Part shown: positions 1 through 9,241 of the stretch, piece after piece
How positions within the stretch are numbered: the stretch's first letter is position 1
Layout: each line of letters starts with the position of its first letter
Assembly (NCBI GenBank): GCA_963753975.1
Contig: CAVWEH010000005.1
Coordinates: 672,001 to 736,000, forward strand
Reading direction: 5' to 3'
Length of the DNA stretch: 64,000 nucleotides
DNA from: an uncultured delta proteobacterium
Lineage (GTDB): Bacteria > Desulfobacterota > Syntrophia > Syntrophales > Smithellaceae
Notes under the pieces: generated by a model
Seen by the model: the letters and a program-made list of their open reading frames with translations, nothing else
Told to the model about the DNA's origin: nothing
The model's database searches: none
Position numbers and translations under genes: made by a program

Positions 1-118
1 CGGATCCGCGCCCTTCCGCATTTGCCGGTTGCGTAAACGCAAACAGTATAATCCCCGACAACACTACCAGCATAAGCCCGATCACAAGGTACCAACTTTT
101 ATTGCGAGTATTTGACAT
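1..118 (-). CDS. 5' part of a secreted/membrane protein running off the window edge
   Basis: ATG at 118 with GGAGGT RBS upstream; MSNTRNKSWYLVIGLMLVVLSG signal-like N-terminus. Confidence 0.45.
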   Translation of the reverse strand, partial: MSNTRNKSWYLVIGLMLVVLSGIILFAFTQPANAEGRGS

Positions 119-162
119 AGTGTTATTACCTCCGTTAAATCAAATATAGATATTAGTCTCTC

Positions 163-771
163 TTACTTCACAGTATAGCCGCGGCCTTCGAGGCAAGCGG
201 ACATCGCCCGACGGAATTCGCCTGCCTTCCCCTCGTAGCGGGCGTCCAGCGCCTGATCGCGATTGACATAAGCTTCTTCCATTTGCTGGGCATACTGCTG
301 CCTGGATATATCTGATGCAGCACCAGCAACAGCCCCGCTTCCTGCACCAATCAATGCGCCAGCCCCGGCGTGCCTCGGTCCGGCTATTAACGCACCCAGT
401 ACCGCACCGGCGATTGCCAGAACGGCGGTATCATGACCGGGTGGAGGCATCGGGACCACTTTGACGCGACGCTCAGGCGGAATCGATGACTGACTCGGAT
501 CGAAACCGGTCTGTTGTACTGCCCAGTTGTAACATTCATAGTGGTCTCGTGACTGCTGTTCGGTCGTCTGTCCCTCTTTCGGGTAAAAATAGACCTGCGT
601 AAGCGGGGGCTTGGGGGCTGGACTTGCGATTGGAACCTCGCGATAAGTAGCAGGATAACACGCAGTAAGCGTTAGGATTAATAAGAAAAGCAAAAGCCGA
701 AAGCCAGCTCTTGATAACCACCGTTTCGGTGTATGTTTTCCTGGTGTCATCTTCCAGATTGACATCATCAT
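163..771 (-). CDS. Glycine-zipper lipoprotein
   Basis: Lipobox LTAC; GAxxGAxxG zipper; QQSRDHYECY and AMSACLEGRGYTVK motifs; AAGGAGG RBS. Confidence 0.75.
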   Translation of the reverse strand: MMMSIWKMTPGKHTPKRWLSRAGFRLLLFLLILTLTACYPATYREVPIASPAPKPPLTQVYFYPKEGQTTEQQSRDHYECYNWAVQQTGFDPSQSSIPPERRVKVVPMPPPGHDTAVLAIAGAVLGALIAGPRHAGAGALIGAGSGAVAGAASDISRQQYAQQMEEAYVNRDQALDARYEGKAGEFRRAMSACLEGRGYTVK

Positions 772-896
772 TTATGTCCTCCTTGCGTAGCTAAAAACCA
801 GAGAAATGATCGTCACAAAAGGATGCCTTTTTCCCGTTGTGGATTATTATTTCTCTTTTTTTATAAGTTTTAGATATATTTTGGGTAATAATTAAA

Positions 897-912
897 AGCA
901 ATGGCTGTGCCA
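897..912 (-). promoter_or_regulatory. Sigma-54 (-24/-12) promoter facing the lipoprotein gene
   Basis: Minus strand reads TGGCAC-AGCCA-TTGCT, matching TGGCAC-N5-TTGC; AT-rich tract upstream. Confidence 0.7.
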
Positions 913-1084
913 GTCTTATTATTTTAAAGTGCAGCATATTGAATTATTATTGATATTATAGCTTTATAAAGATTAGTGAACTTCCCTTGAAGATATAAAT
1001 ATGGATAATAAGTATCCGATTTCAGTATCCACTTGTAGACAAAATACCCACCCACCAGTGGAAAGTCAATGGTCTTAAATTTGA

Positions 1085-1250
1085 ATTCTGCTACGAAACG
1101 AAAGACTTAATCGACAGCGCTCATTACATCGAAAGCTTTTATAACCGCATATGCTGCCCTACTGGATTTCAAATTGAGCTTTGTTACGGATTCTTTGGGT
1201 ACAAGAAGAAAAATTCGTTTACCTCATCCACTATGATCGGAGATTGATGC
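1085..1250 (+). mobile_element. Possible degraded IS3-family transposase 3' remnant
   Basis: Translates HYIESFYNR, resembling the IS3 integrase-core C-terminal YIExFYNxxR motif; short and decayed. Confidence 0.3.
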
Positions 1251-1379
1251 AAGTATAAGACAAAATGAGGCCGGGACTTTTCCCGCTGAAGGGCCGTCAT
1301 GAAGATTGAGGTACTTCCTCTCCATTTCTGCTGAGTTTAAATACCGGCGTGGTTGAAACACATGGTTTGGCGACCTGTT

Positions 1380-1947
1380 TCAGCCGTAGAGCTTCTTCAG
1401 TATCCAGGCGATCTTTTGCCCCAGAGTTCGCGCACTCTGGACGCCTTCCTCATCTTTTTCCACCTCTCCCTTGTCTCTGGCAACACTCAATGCCCGGCCG
1501 GCGATGATCAGCTCGTTGCCGAAGAAGAAATGGTTCATGGTTTCGATGGTATGCATTCCTCCAGTGCGACGAAAACAGGACGAGGGATGCCCCGACTTTG
1601 TTCTTGTACATCTTCCCATTGGCCAATCCGACGAATCCCGCCCGGTCGATCAAAGCCTTCATCTCCGCCGTTACATCCTGAAAATAGGAAGGAGATCCCA
1701 AAACGATACCCTGAGCCGTTGTCATCTTTTCGATATATTCGTTCGCCGCATCGTTCTTAACGGCGCACCGCTGGTCCTGATTCTCGAAACACTTGTAGCA
1801 GGCAATACACCCGTGAATCGCCTTTGCCGAGAGCTGAACGAGTTCCGTTTCAATGCCTTCTTTCTCGATCTCCCGGAAGAGATAGCCCATCAACGTCGTG
1901 GTGTTGCCGTCTTTCCTTGGACTGCCGTTGAAGCCGATAACCTTCAT
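1380..1947 (-). CDS. Flavodoxin-family / iron-sulfur flavoprotein (NADPH-dependent FMN reductase fold), split by a 1-nt insertion near 1583
   Basis: GSPRKDGNT, CIACYKC and LGSPSYF in 1450..1947; continuation SCFRRTGG...GQKIAWILKK in ORF 1380..1619. Confidence 0.8.
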
Positions 1948-2126
1948 ATCCGTCCTCCTTTCCGTTAAGAGGTATTGTCAAAACTTCCTCAAGAAGAGCG
2001 TGATCTGCTACTGAGACTTGTATCACACGTTAAGTTAGAGTTCAGCCGTTTTTTATTTCTCGAGTCAGGTCACAAACGGTCCCAAGTGGGAATTGCACAA
2101 AAAAATAATTTGCTGCCTTTATTTGA

Positions 2127-2155
2127 TTGACATAAAAGGCTGTTTTGCTTATACT
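2127..2155 (+). promoter_or_regulatory. Sigma-70 promoter for the TPM genes
   Basis: TTGACA-17 nt-TATACT, ending 17 nt before the ATG at 2173. Confidence 0.7.
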
Positions 2156-2172
2156 TCTGCCCATCAGATGAT

Positions 2173-2823
2173 ATGAGAAAAATATTAAACAATCAGGAAC
2201 GAAGCCGGTTGGATAAGCGCATAGCGGAAGCGGAAAGGCGTACAGGCGCTCAGATTGTAGTTGCTGTTGTCCACCGCAGCGACTCTTACTCTGAGTTGCC
2301 TTGGAAAGCCTTCGCGTTGGGAGTGTCCGTTGCCGGCCTTTTGGTTTCTATTTTTAATCTGCTTTCACCTGGATGGGATGCGCAAACCGCTGTGCTGATC
2401 TCTGCCGCGGCTATACTGATGATCGGCATCATAAGTGCTCTTTTATCCCTTTACATACCTAAGTTCGCGCGGCTTTTTCTTGCCCCTCACCGTGCCGAAG
2501 CGGAAGTGCGGCAATACGCCGAATCCCTTTTTCTTTCACACGAATTGTTCGCCACCAAGCGCAGGACCGGCATTTTGCTGCTGGTAAGCCTGTTCGAAAG
2601 GCAGGTTATCTTACTTCCCGATAAAGGATTCAGCAAACCGTTGAAACAAAAGGCCATGCAAAAAATTATTGAGCAGATGACACCGTCTCTTGCTTTGGGG
2701 CAGGTGACCCGCGCCCTGGAAAATGGGCTGATAAAACTTACGGAAATTCTGGCCGTTAAGAAGCGCGGAAAATCCCGCAGAAATGAACTTCGCAACGAAG
2801 TTCTCGAGGAGAAGGGTGTATGA
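2173..2823 (+). CDS. TPM-domain membrane protein
   Basis: IAEAERRTGAQIV, two TM helices, TGILLLVSLFERQVILLPDKG, NELRNE. Confidence 0.8.
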   Translation: MRKILNNQERSRLDKRIAEAERRTGAQIVVAVVHRSDSYSELPWKAFALGVSVAGLLVSIFNLLSPGWDAQTAVLISAAAILMIGIISALLSLYIPKFARLFLAPHRAEAEVRQYAESLFLSHELFATKRRTGILLLVSLFERQVILLPDKGFSKPLKQKAMQKIIEQMTPSLALGQVTRALENGLIKLTEILAVKKRGKSRRNELRNEVLEEKGV

Positions 2824-3776
2824 AAATAGTGCTGCGTCTTGCAGTTATCACAGCTATGCTCTCGGCGGCGGCAATCGCCGCCGGAACGGATATACCGTAT
2901 CTCACCGGCCGCGTAACCGATAACGCTCAAATCCTGCGAGCTGATACGATCCGAACACTTACCGAAACTATGAAGGCGCATGAGGAAAGAACCGGCAATC
3001 AGATTGCAGTTCTCACCGCCCCCACCCTTGAAGGCGAGAGCATCGAGGACTACGCCGTTGCGGTTTTCAAAGAATGGAAACTCGGCCAGAAGGGGAAGGA
3101 TAACGGAATTTTGGTCGTCGTCGCGCCAAAGGACCGGCGTATGCGCATCGAAGTTGGCTACGGGCTGGAAGGGACTCTCCCCGATGGTTTGGCCGGGAGC
3201 ATCATCCGCAATGTAATGACACCCCCGTTTAAGAACGGGGACTATAACCGCGGCATAAGTGACGGTGTAAAAGCTATCATCGATGTTCTGGAGGGGGGCA
3301 AACTACCCGATACGGAGAGCAACGCAAACAGCAAGTCACAGGTCTCATCCGGTTTGAATATCAGCGCGCCGGATATGCCGATTATCGAGAGGATTCTCAT
3401 CGGCGCTTTTATTTTCGGCATTATCGGGCTTTTCACTGTGTTCGGCATTCTAACACCCGGAGTCGGATGGTTTCTCTATTTCTTTCTCATTCCTTTCTGG
3501 GCCATGTTCCCTACTATAATTGTCGGCACCACAGGCGCTCTCTACTGTCTTGTAACCTACCTGATAGTTTTTCCGATTGCCAAGCTGTTTATCAAAAATA
3601 CCGATTGGTACGTTAAGGCAAGAAAGGATCTCCAAACGAAGGGTCGTGCCTCTATCGGCGGATTCATGATTTCCGGTGGTTCCGGGAGATCCTGGAGCTC
3701 GGGCAGTTCCGGTGGCTCGAGTTTTTCCGGAGGCGGCGGATCATCCGGTGGCGGCGGCGCTTCCGGGAGCTGGTAA
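2820..3776 (+). CDS. TPM-domain protein (YgcG-like) with Gly/Ser-rich tail
   Basis: WKLGQKGKDNGIL, RIEVGYGLEG, FSGGGGSSGGGGASGSW. Confidence 0.9.
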   Translation: MKIVLRLAVITAMLSAAAIAAGTDIPYLTGRVTDNAQILRADTIRTLTETMKAHEERTGNQIAVLTAPTLEGESIEDYAVAVFKEWKLGQKGKDNGILVVVAPKDRRMRIEVGYGLEGTLPDGLAGSIIRNVMTPPFKNGDYNRGISDGVKAIIDVLEGGKLPDTESNANSKSQVSSGLNISAPDMPIIERILIGAFIFGIIGLFTVFGILTPGVGWFLYFFLIPFWAMFPTIIVGTTGALYCLVTYLIVFPIAKLFIKNTDWYVKARKDLQTKGRASIGGFMISGGSGRSWSSGSSGGSSFSGGGGSSGGGGASGSW

Positions 3777-3801
3777 GGGAAATTGCTGTATCCGCGGATC
3801 A

Positions 3802-5016
3802 TTAATCTTTGGCAAGGAGAATTACGCCTTTTTCGCTCAGAGCCTTGATCTCCTTTTGTTTGTACCCGATTTCTTTCATAATGGCTGCCGTATCTTTTCC
3901 CAGAACGGGGGCAGGCCAGGAAGGCTCAGCGGGTGTCTCAGAAAATTTTAAGGGAACGCCGATGCCTTGAATTTTCCCGCATACAGGATGGGTTTGCTCG
4001 ATAATCATGTTGCGCGCCTGCACGTGAGCGTCTTTTTCGACCTCGCCGATCTCCAGAACCGGCGTGAGGCAGGTATCGCAGTTGTTTGCGGCGGAAATCC
4101 ATTCGTCTCTTGACCTTGTTTGGAAAAGGGCGGCAATTTCGGCTTGCAGTTTTTCCGCTTCTTCACCAATAACGAATTGCAATCCTGACCATTCGGGGCG
4201 CCCCATCAATTCGCAAAAAGATTTCCAAAACTTCTCCTCCAGTATGCCCAGTGCGATATATTTTCCATCGGCACACTTATAAACCCCATAGCAGGCCAGG
4301 CCGCCAGTAAGCACTGCTTCTCCCGGAGCAGGCGCCAGCCCGGCAGCATGGTAATGAGCCATCTGCAAAGTCATCAAGGGAAGTATGGCATCGAGCATGG
4401 AAACGTCAACTTTTTGTCCCTTGCCGGTCTTTTCTCTCGCCCAGAGTGCGGAGAGGCAGGCGATTATTGTCATGTACGCGCCTCCGGCCACATCCGCGAT
4501 TTGCGGTCCGGGAATTGCGGGACCAGTCTTTTTTGAACCTGTCGTCGCCAGAATTCCGGAGTAGCCGATATAGTTGATATCGTGCCCCGCATCCGCGGTG
4601 TAAGGTCCATTCTGACCATACCCGGTGAGGGAAACATAAATAATATTTTTCTTCACGCGCCGGGCAGTTTCATAACCCAGGCCGATCTCGTCCATAACTC
4701 CCGGCCGGAATTGTTCGACAACGATGTCCGCTGTCGGGAGAAGCGAGAGAAATATATCCACACCTTTTTTATGCTTAAGATTCAGGGCGATGCTTCTTTT
4801 GGAGCGGTTTACGGCCAAAAAACCCGCTGATTCCGAGGCAATGTAAGGCGGATAAAAACGCATATAATCCGGAGCATTCATATCCTCAATTTTAATTACT
4901 TCGGCGCCCATGTCGGCAAGCATCATCGTGCCCAGCGGACCGGGATAAAGTCTCGTAAGATCCAGCAGGCGAATGCCTTTCAGGGGACCTGCTGCTTGTT
5001 TCCTTTGCTTTTTCAC
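3802..5016 (-). CDS. Family III CoA-transferase (CaiB/BaiF)
   Basis: LDLTRLYPGP, LADMGAEVIKIE, NRSKRSIALNLK, GHDINY. Confidence 0.9.
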   Translation of the reverse strand: MKKQRKQAAGPLKGIRLLDLTRLYPGPLGTMMLADMGAEVIKIEDMNAPDYMRFYPPYIASESAGFLAVNRSKRSIALNLKHKKGVDIFLSLLPTADIVVEQFRPGVMDEIGLGYETARRVKKNIIYVSLTGYGQNGPYTADAGHDINYIGYSGILATTGSKKTGPAIPGPQIADVAGGAYMTIIACLSALWAREKTGKGQKVDVSMLDAILPLMTLQMAHYHAAGLAPAPGEAVLTGGLACYGVYKCADGKYIALGILEEKFWKSFCELMGRPEWSGLQFVIGEEAEKLQAEIAALFQTRSRDEWISAANNCDTCLTPVLEIGEVEKDAHVQARNMIIEQTHPVCGKIQGIGVPLKFSETPAEPSWPAPVLGKDTAAIMKEIGYKQKEIKALSEKGVILLAKD

Positions 5017-5431
5017 GATTCAGACCTTCCGAGGTTATTTTCACACTATTATTACCGGCGGTAATATGCCCAAATATTGGGCAATTTGCTATATTTCTTT
5101 TTAGGACAAAGTATTAGATAAATCAAGAATATCAGAAAAGGCTAGTTATTAACAAAAACTGTTGATAAATAATAATAAGAAGGATGGAAGCTGGGAAACC
5201 TACGGTATTGACGAAACCGATAGCGCCACGGATAAATATTACGATATATTTCACGCCACATGGGTTGCCTCCGGTATGATAGTCGAACCGTTGAGCCTGG
5301 GCTGCGCCTTTTTATAAACCCTTAATTAAATCATTGGAAAATTATGCAAACGCGTATAAAGTCAAACAGGGTGTAGAAGAAAGAGACAAAGTTGGAAACT
5401 GCCCACAACAAGAGAAAGGGAATAAGAAAGC

Positions 5432-6034
5432 ATGATCAACCTTAAAATATTTTCCGATTATATCTGACCGTTCTGCTATATCGGCAAAGGAATTGTCGAC
5501 AGGTTAAAGAAAGAATACAGCATCGAAGATGAATGGGTGAGCTATGAGCTCCATCCGGAAACGCCGGCCCACGGCATACTGCTATCCGAAAGATTTAAAG
5601 GCCGGGATATGTCCGGGTTTTACGACCAACTGCGCCGGCGTGGCAAAAAAGCCGGCATCGTCTTCGGCAATCGCGCTATCCTTTCTAATTCCAGATTGGC
5701 CTTAGAAGCCAGTGAATATGCGCGTGATATGGGCAAGTATGATGCTTTTCACGAAAACATATTCCACGCATATTTTACTGAAGCTTTGGATATCGGCATC
5801 CTTGATGTCCTGGCCGCTCTCGCCAAAAAAAGCGGTCTTGATGATACTGATATGCGCAAATCCCTGCAAGATGGCCGCTATAGAAAGAGATTAGAGCAAG
5901 CCCGAAAAGAAGCGCAGGCAATCAATCTGACCGGCGTGCCGACTTTCATCATCAATGCCAAACAAAAAATCGTGGGTGCCCAACCGATCGATGTTTTCCG
6001 TGATCTTTTCCAGGAGATCGGCGAAGGCAAATAG
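5432..6034 (+). CDS. DsbA/FrnE-family oxidoreductase, selenoprotein (UPFC; Sec TGA at 5465-5467)
   Basis: MINLKIFSDYI-TGA-PFCYIGK in frame with ORF 5537..6034 (cis-Pro motif GVPTF); TGA replaces the first Cys of CxxC. Confidence 0.85.
5481..5499 (+). promoter_or_regulatory. Putative bacterial SECIS hairpin
   Basis: TCGGCAA-AGGAA-TTGTCGA (7 bp, one G-U) starting 13 nt after the TGA. Confidence 0.6.
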
Positions 6035-6112
6035 TATAAATACTCATTCAGCAGTAAGATATTATTAACACAAAACTACTCAAGGAGGATAGGAATCGAA
6101 TGATGGTAATGA

Positions 6113-6262
6113 ATATTGGCCGGTTGGCGAGCGGCAAGCCAAGATGACCTTATAAATTTTTGTAAAGAGAATTTACCCGCCTATAAAAGACCTAAATCAG
6201 ATTCATTGCCCAAGAGCACACTCGGCAAAATTTCCAGGAGAGAACTGAGAAATATCGGCTAA
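6113..6262 (+). pseudogene. C-terminal remnant of an acyl-CoA synthetase (AMP-binding C-terminal domain)
   Basis: DDLINFCKENLPAYKRPKS-DSLPKSTLGKISRRELR; rest of the gene absent. Confidence 0.65.
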
Positions 6263-6561
6263 AACAGAAGAAAGGCAAGGACTCACACAAGATTAATCAT
6301 ATTGAATCTATAAAATGTCCATGATATCTTAACAGTACTTAAATCAAGTAAAGAGGTTAGTAATTACTTATGCGCAGCCGGTGCGGCAAAGAAGATAAGG
6401 TATCTAAAGGAAGAGCTTTGGACGAAAGGGCAGCTGCGGGCGCCTATGAAAAACTGGCTTTCGATTGCGATCATGATTCAATTTTAAGCTATCGTAAAGT
6501 TTTTATAAAGTTCAACGAGATTTTAGAAAAAGAATTATTCCTTTCAAGACAATAACGCCAG

Positions 6562-7974
6562 GTGAGGAATCTATTTATGGAAAAAGGAAGCAAGAAAACA
6601 GTTTTAACTAAGACGGAGACGCTATTTACGAACGGTTTCAGGTTCAGCTTAACGAAAGCACAATCAATGTTCATGGAAACTTTCGGGTTAAGTCCAGCAG
6701 CAGCGCTGAGCGCGATCATTTTTGTCAGTATCGTGATTATCGTTGCCGGTTTCTGGTTCTTTCGTTCAGCACCGCCAGATACCATTATCATTACGACCGG
6801 TGACACAGACACTCGTTTCTACAGGAATGCCGGAAAATATGCGAAAATATTGGAGCGTAACGGGGTGAAACTGAAAATCCTTCCCTCCGCAGGCTCGCTG
6901 GAAAATCTGGAAAGGCTGGGAAATAGATCGTTCCCAGTTGATATAGGCTTCGTGCAAACCGGCGTAGCCAAGGGGCAAAATACCGATAAGCTGGTATCCC
7001 TGGGAAGTACTTCTTACGAACCGCTCTTTATTTTCTACCGGGGCAATAAACCCTTCAGCATTCTTTCCCAGTTCACCGGTAAAAGATTGGCTATCGGCGA
7101 AGACGGCACCGGAACACAGGTCTTGGCGCTGGAGCTTCTGGCGATTAACGGCATTAAGCCCGGTGGTTCTACCACGCTACTGGAGATGGATGACGAGGAT
7201 GCGGGAAAGGCGTTGCTCAAAGGGAAAATCGACGCCGCATTCATGATGGGCGATTCCGCGTCGTCCAAGACACTGCACAGTCTCATGCGGGAACCGGGTA
7301 TCAAGCTTTTCGATTTTGCCCAGGCTGATGCCTACACTCGACGCATCGCCTATTTAAGCAAGATTATCCTTCCCCAGGGATCTCTCGACTTTGGAAAGAA
7401 CATCCCCGATCATGATGTAAACCTGATCAGCCCCACTGTCGAACTAATTGCCCGGTCTGATTTGCATCCCGCACTTTCCGATCTTTTATTGGAGGCGGCG
7501 ACTGAAGTACATTCGCGGGCTTCGATATTTCAGCACCGGGGTGAATTCCCCATGCCGCTGGAGCATGAATACCGCATCAGCTCCGATGCCAGCCGTTACT
7601 ATAAATCGGGCAAGAGCTTCCTTTATCGTTATCTTCCCTTCTGGATGGCCAGTATGGTAAACCGTATTTTAGTGGTGTTTGTGCCGATGGTTTTAATCCT
7701 GATACCCGGACTAAAAAGCATCCCGGCTATTTTTCGATGGCGAATGAAGCTGCGCATCTATCGCTGGTATCGTTTATTGCTGGTAGTCGAACAAGATATG
7801 ATTGCGCACCTGACTCCTGAAAAGAGCGCAGAATTGTTAGGAAGGCTGGATCACATAGAGGAAGAGGTTAACAAAATGAAAGTGCCGGCATCCTTTGCCG
7901 ACCAATTCTATGTACTTCGCGGGCATATTAGTTTTGTTCGCGAAAGACTAACGAGCAGTATGCATTCTATCTGA
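6562..7974 (+). CDS. TAXI-family solute-binding protein with N- and C-terminal membrane anchors
   Basis: SAGSLENL, DIGFVQTG, YEPLFIFYR, AIGEDGTGT; true start probably 6577 or later. Confidence 0.8.
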   Translation: MRNLFMEKGSKKTVLTKTETLFTNGFRFSLTKAQSMFMETFGLSPAAALSAIIFVSIVIIVAGFWFFRSAPPDTIIITTGDTDTRFYRNAGKYAKILERNGVKLKILPSAGSLENLERLGNRSFPVDIGFVQTGVAKGQNTDKLVSLGSTSYEPLFIFYRGNKPFSILSQFTGKRLAIGEDGTGTQVLALELLAINGIKPGGSTTLLEMDDEDAGKALLKGKIDAAFMMGDSASSKTLHSLMREPGIKLFDFAQADAYTRRIAYLSKIILPQGSLDFGKNIPDHDVNLISPTVELIARSDLHPALSDLLLEAATEVHSRASIFQHRGEFPMPLEHEYRISSDASRYYKSGKSFLYRYLPFWMASMVNRILVVFVPMVLILIPGLKSIPAIFRWRMKLRIYRWYRLLLVVEQDMIAHLTPEKSAELLGRLDHIEEEVNKMKVPASFADQFYVLRGHISFVRERLTSSMHSI

Positions 7975-8043
7975 AATGAACGGAAAAGGTGCATTGCGAC
8001 AGATCATGAAATTATGTAAGTAGAGCGCATTTTTGCTGCTTAA

Positions 8044-8487
8044 TTAAATTTCACCTTCGATAATGGACATGGCTATTCTTGTTGCTTCTTCAGTGAAATT
8101 TCTACACTGCTCAACTTTGTTTTCTGAAAAAAACTTTTTTAACCCTTCTTCAGTTCCTAAATCCAGGCCGATCAGCTCTTTACAATTTGTTGAACCAAAT
8201 TTATTCTCAAAGGTGTTGATCATTTTTCGCACAGGGATGTAACTCTTATCCAGCGGCTCATTGGGCGTGCTTCTGCCGTAAAATAAGTTTAACGCCATAA
8301 TAGCGCCGCTGACTGCTCCGCAAATTCCACCTGTTCTCGCCAGCCCACCACAAAAACCGCTGCTGATTTTTGGAATTATTTCGGAGTGAATCTTTTTGCT
8401 TTCAGCCACGGAAAGCAAAACGCTTTCCGCTCAACGATAGCCGGACCGGAAAAGTTCCCCGCTGTGTTTTGATGTTTTATCAATCAT
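8044..8487 (-). CDS. C-GCAxxG-C-C family redox protein, selenoprotein (Sec TGA at 8433-8431)
   Basis: MIDKTSKHSGELFRSGYR-TGA-AESVL in frame with ORF 8044..8418 (ICGAVSG, NCKEL, QC); RBS GGAAGGGG. Confidence 0.85.
8394..8420 (-). promoter_or_regulatory. Putative SECIS hairpin
   Basis: Perfect 10-bp stem TTTTGCTTTC/GAAAGCAAAA, loop CGTGGCT, 10 nt after the TGA. Confidence 0.65.
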
Positions 8488-8622
8488 CTGTTCCCCTTCC
8501 TGGTCAACTTAAATTATCATTTTGGAATTATACAGCTATGCCGAAGCCCAATATTACTTGAACAAATGTACGGCAAATTTATTAATTTTTTTTGTTAATA
8601 AGTGTCCAGTAAATTACTGTAT

Positions 8623-8994
8623 TTATTTCTTCCGAAAATAAGCATCGCACTGCGGAGATAACTCGGCCTCATGCGACTTCAAACAACTGATGATACGGCC
8701 ATGTCCCGGTCTTATACCCTTGCAAAATTTATCGGCGTCCGGTTTGCAAGCTTTCGTAAACTCTTGAGCTTTTTCTTTTTTCGCGGCAATTTGATCCCTG
8801 CATGCCGGCGACAATTCATTTTCATGTGCTTGCATACATCTCACTATTCTGCCCTGTCCCGGTTTTACATTTTTGCAAAATCTCTCAACATCAGCTTTGC
8901 ATGCCCCTGTTCTGTGTATTTGTTCGGATTGAGCCATTAAGGGAAGCAGTAAAAACAGCGCCGCAACAATCGACGCAATAATTGATTTTCTCAT
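8623..8994 (-). CDS. Secreted cysteine-rich repeat protein
   Basis: Signal peptide; two repeats of ACKxDxxxFCKxxxPGxGRIxxCxxxHExELSPxC. Confidence 0.8.
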   Translation of the reverse strand: MRKSIIASIVAALFLLLPLMAQSEQIHRTGACKADVERFCKNVKPGQGRIVRCMQAHENELSPACRDQIAAKKEKAQEFTKACKPDADKFCKGIRPGHGRIISCLKSHEAELSPQCDAYFRKK

Positions 8995-9241
8995 AAAGCC
9001 TCCTTCTTGGGTTTAATTGTCTTCTGCCATCTAATAATTTCTTAACACATTTAAAAGCGGATTTCTTCTGCTTTTTACACAAAAATCTTCATCAACAGAA
9101 TTATTATATCGGATTACTATATTTTTTTGATGAGTGGGAAATTCGATAAAGAGGATAATCAGAGGATAATCAATTGCGAGATATGGCATCCTAGCTATGG
9201 TTGATGACGAAATAAATCAGGAGTTGAGCCCATAATTCTTA

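Noticed and set aside
5170..5320. Possible riboswitch or gene remnant (KDGSWETYG...YDIFHATW) upstream of the DsbA-like gene
   Set aside because: No recognisable aptamer and too short to assign a family
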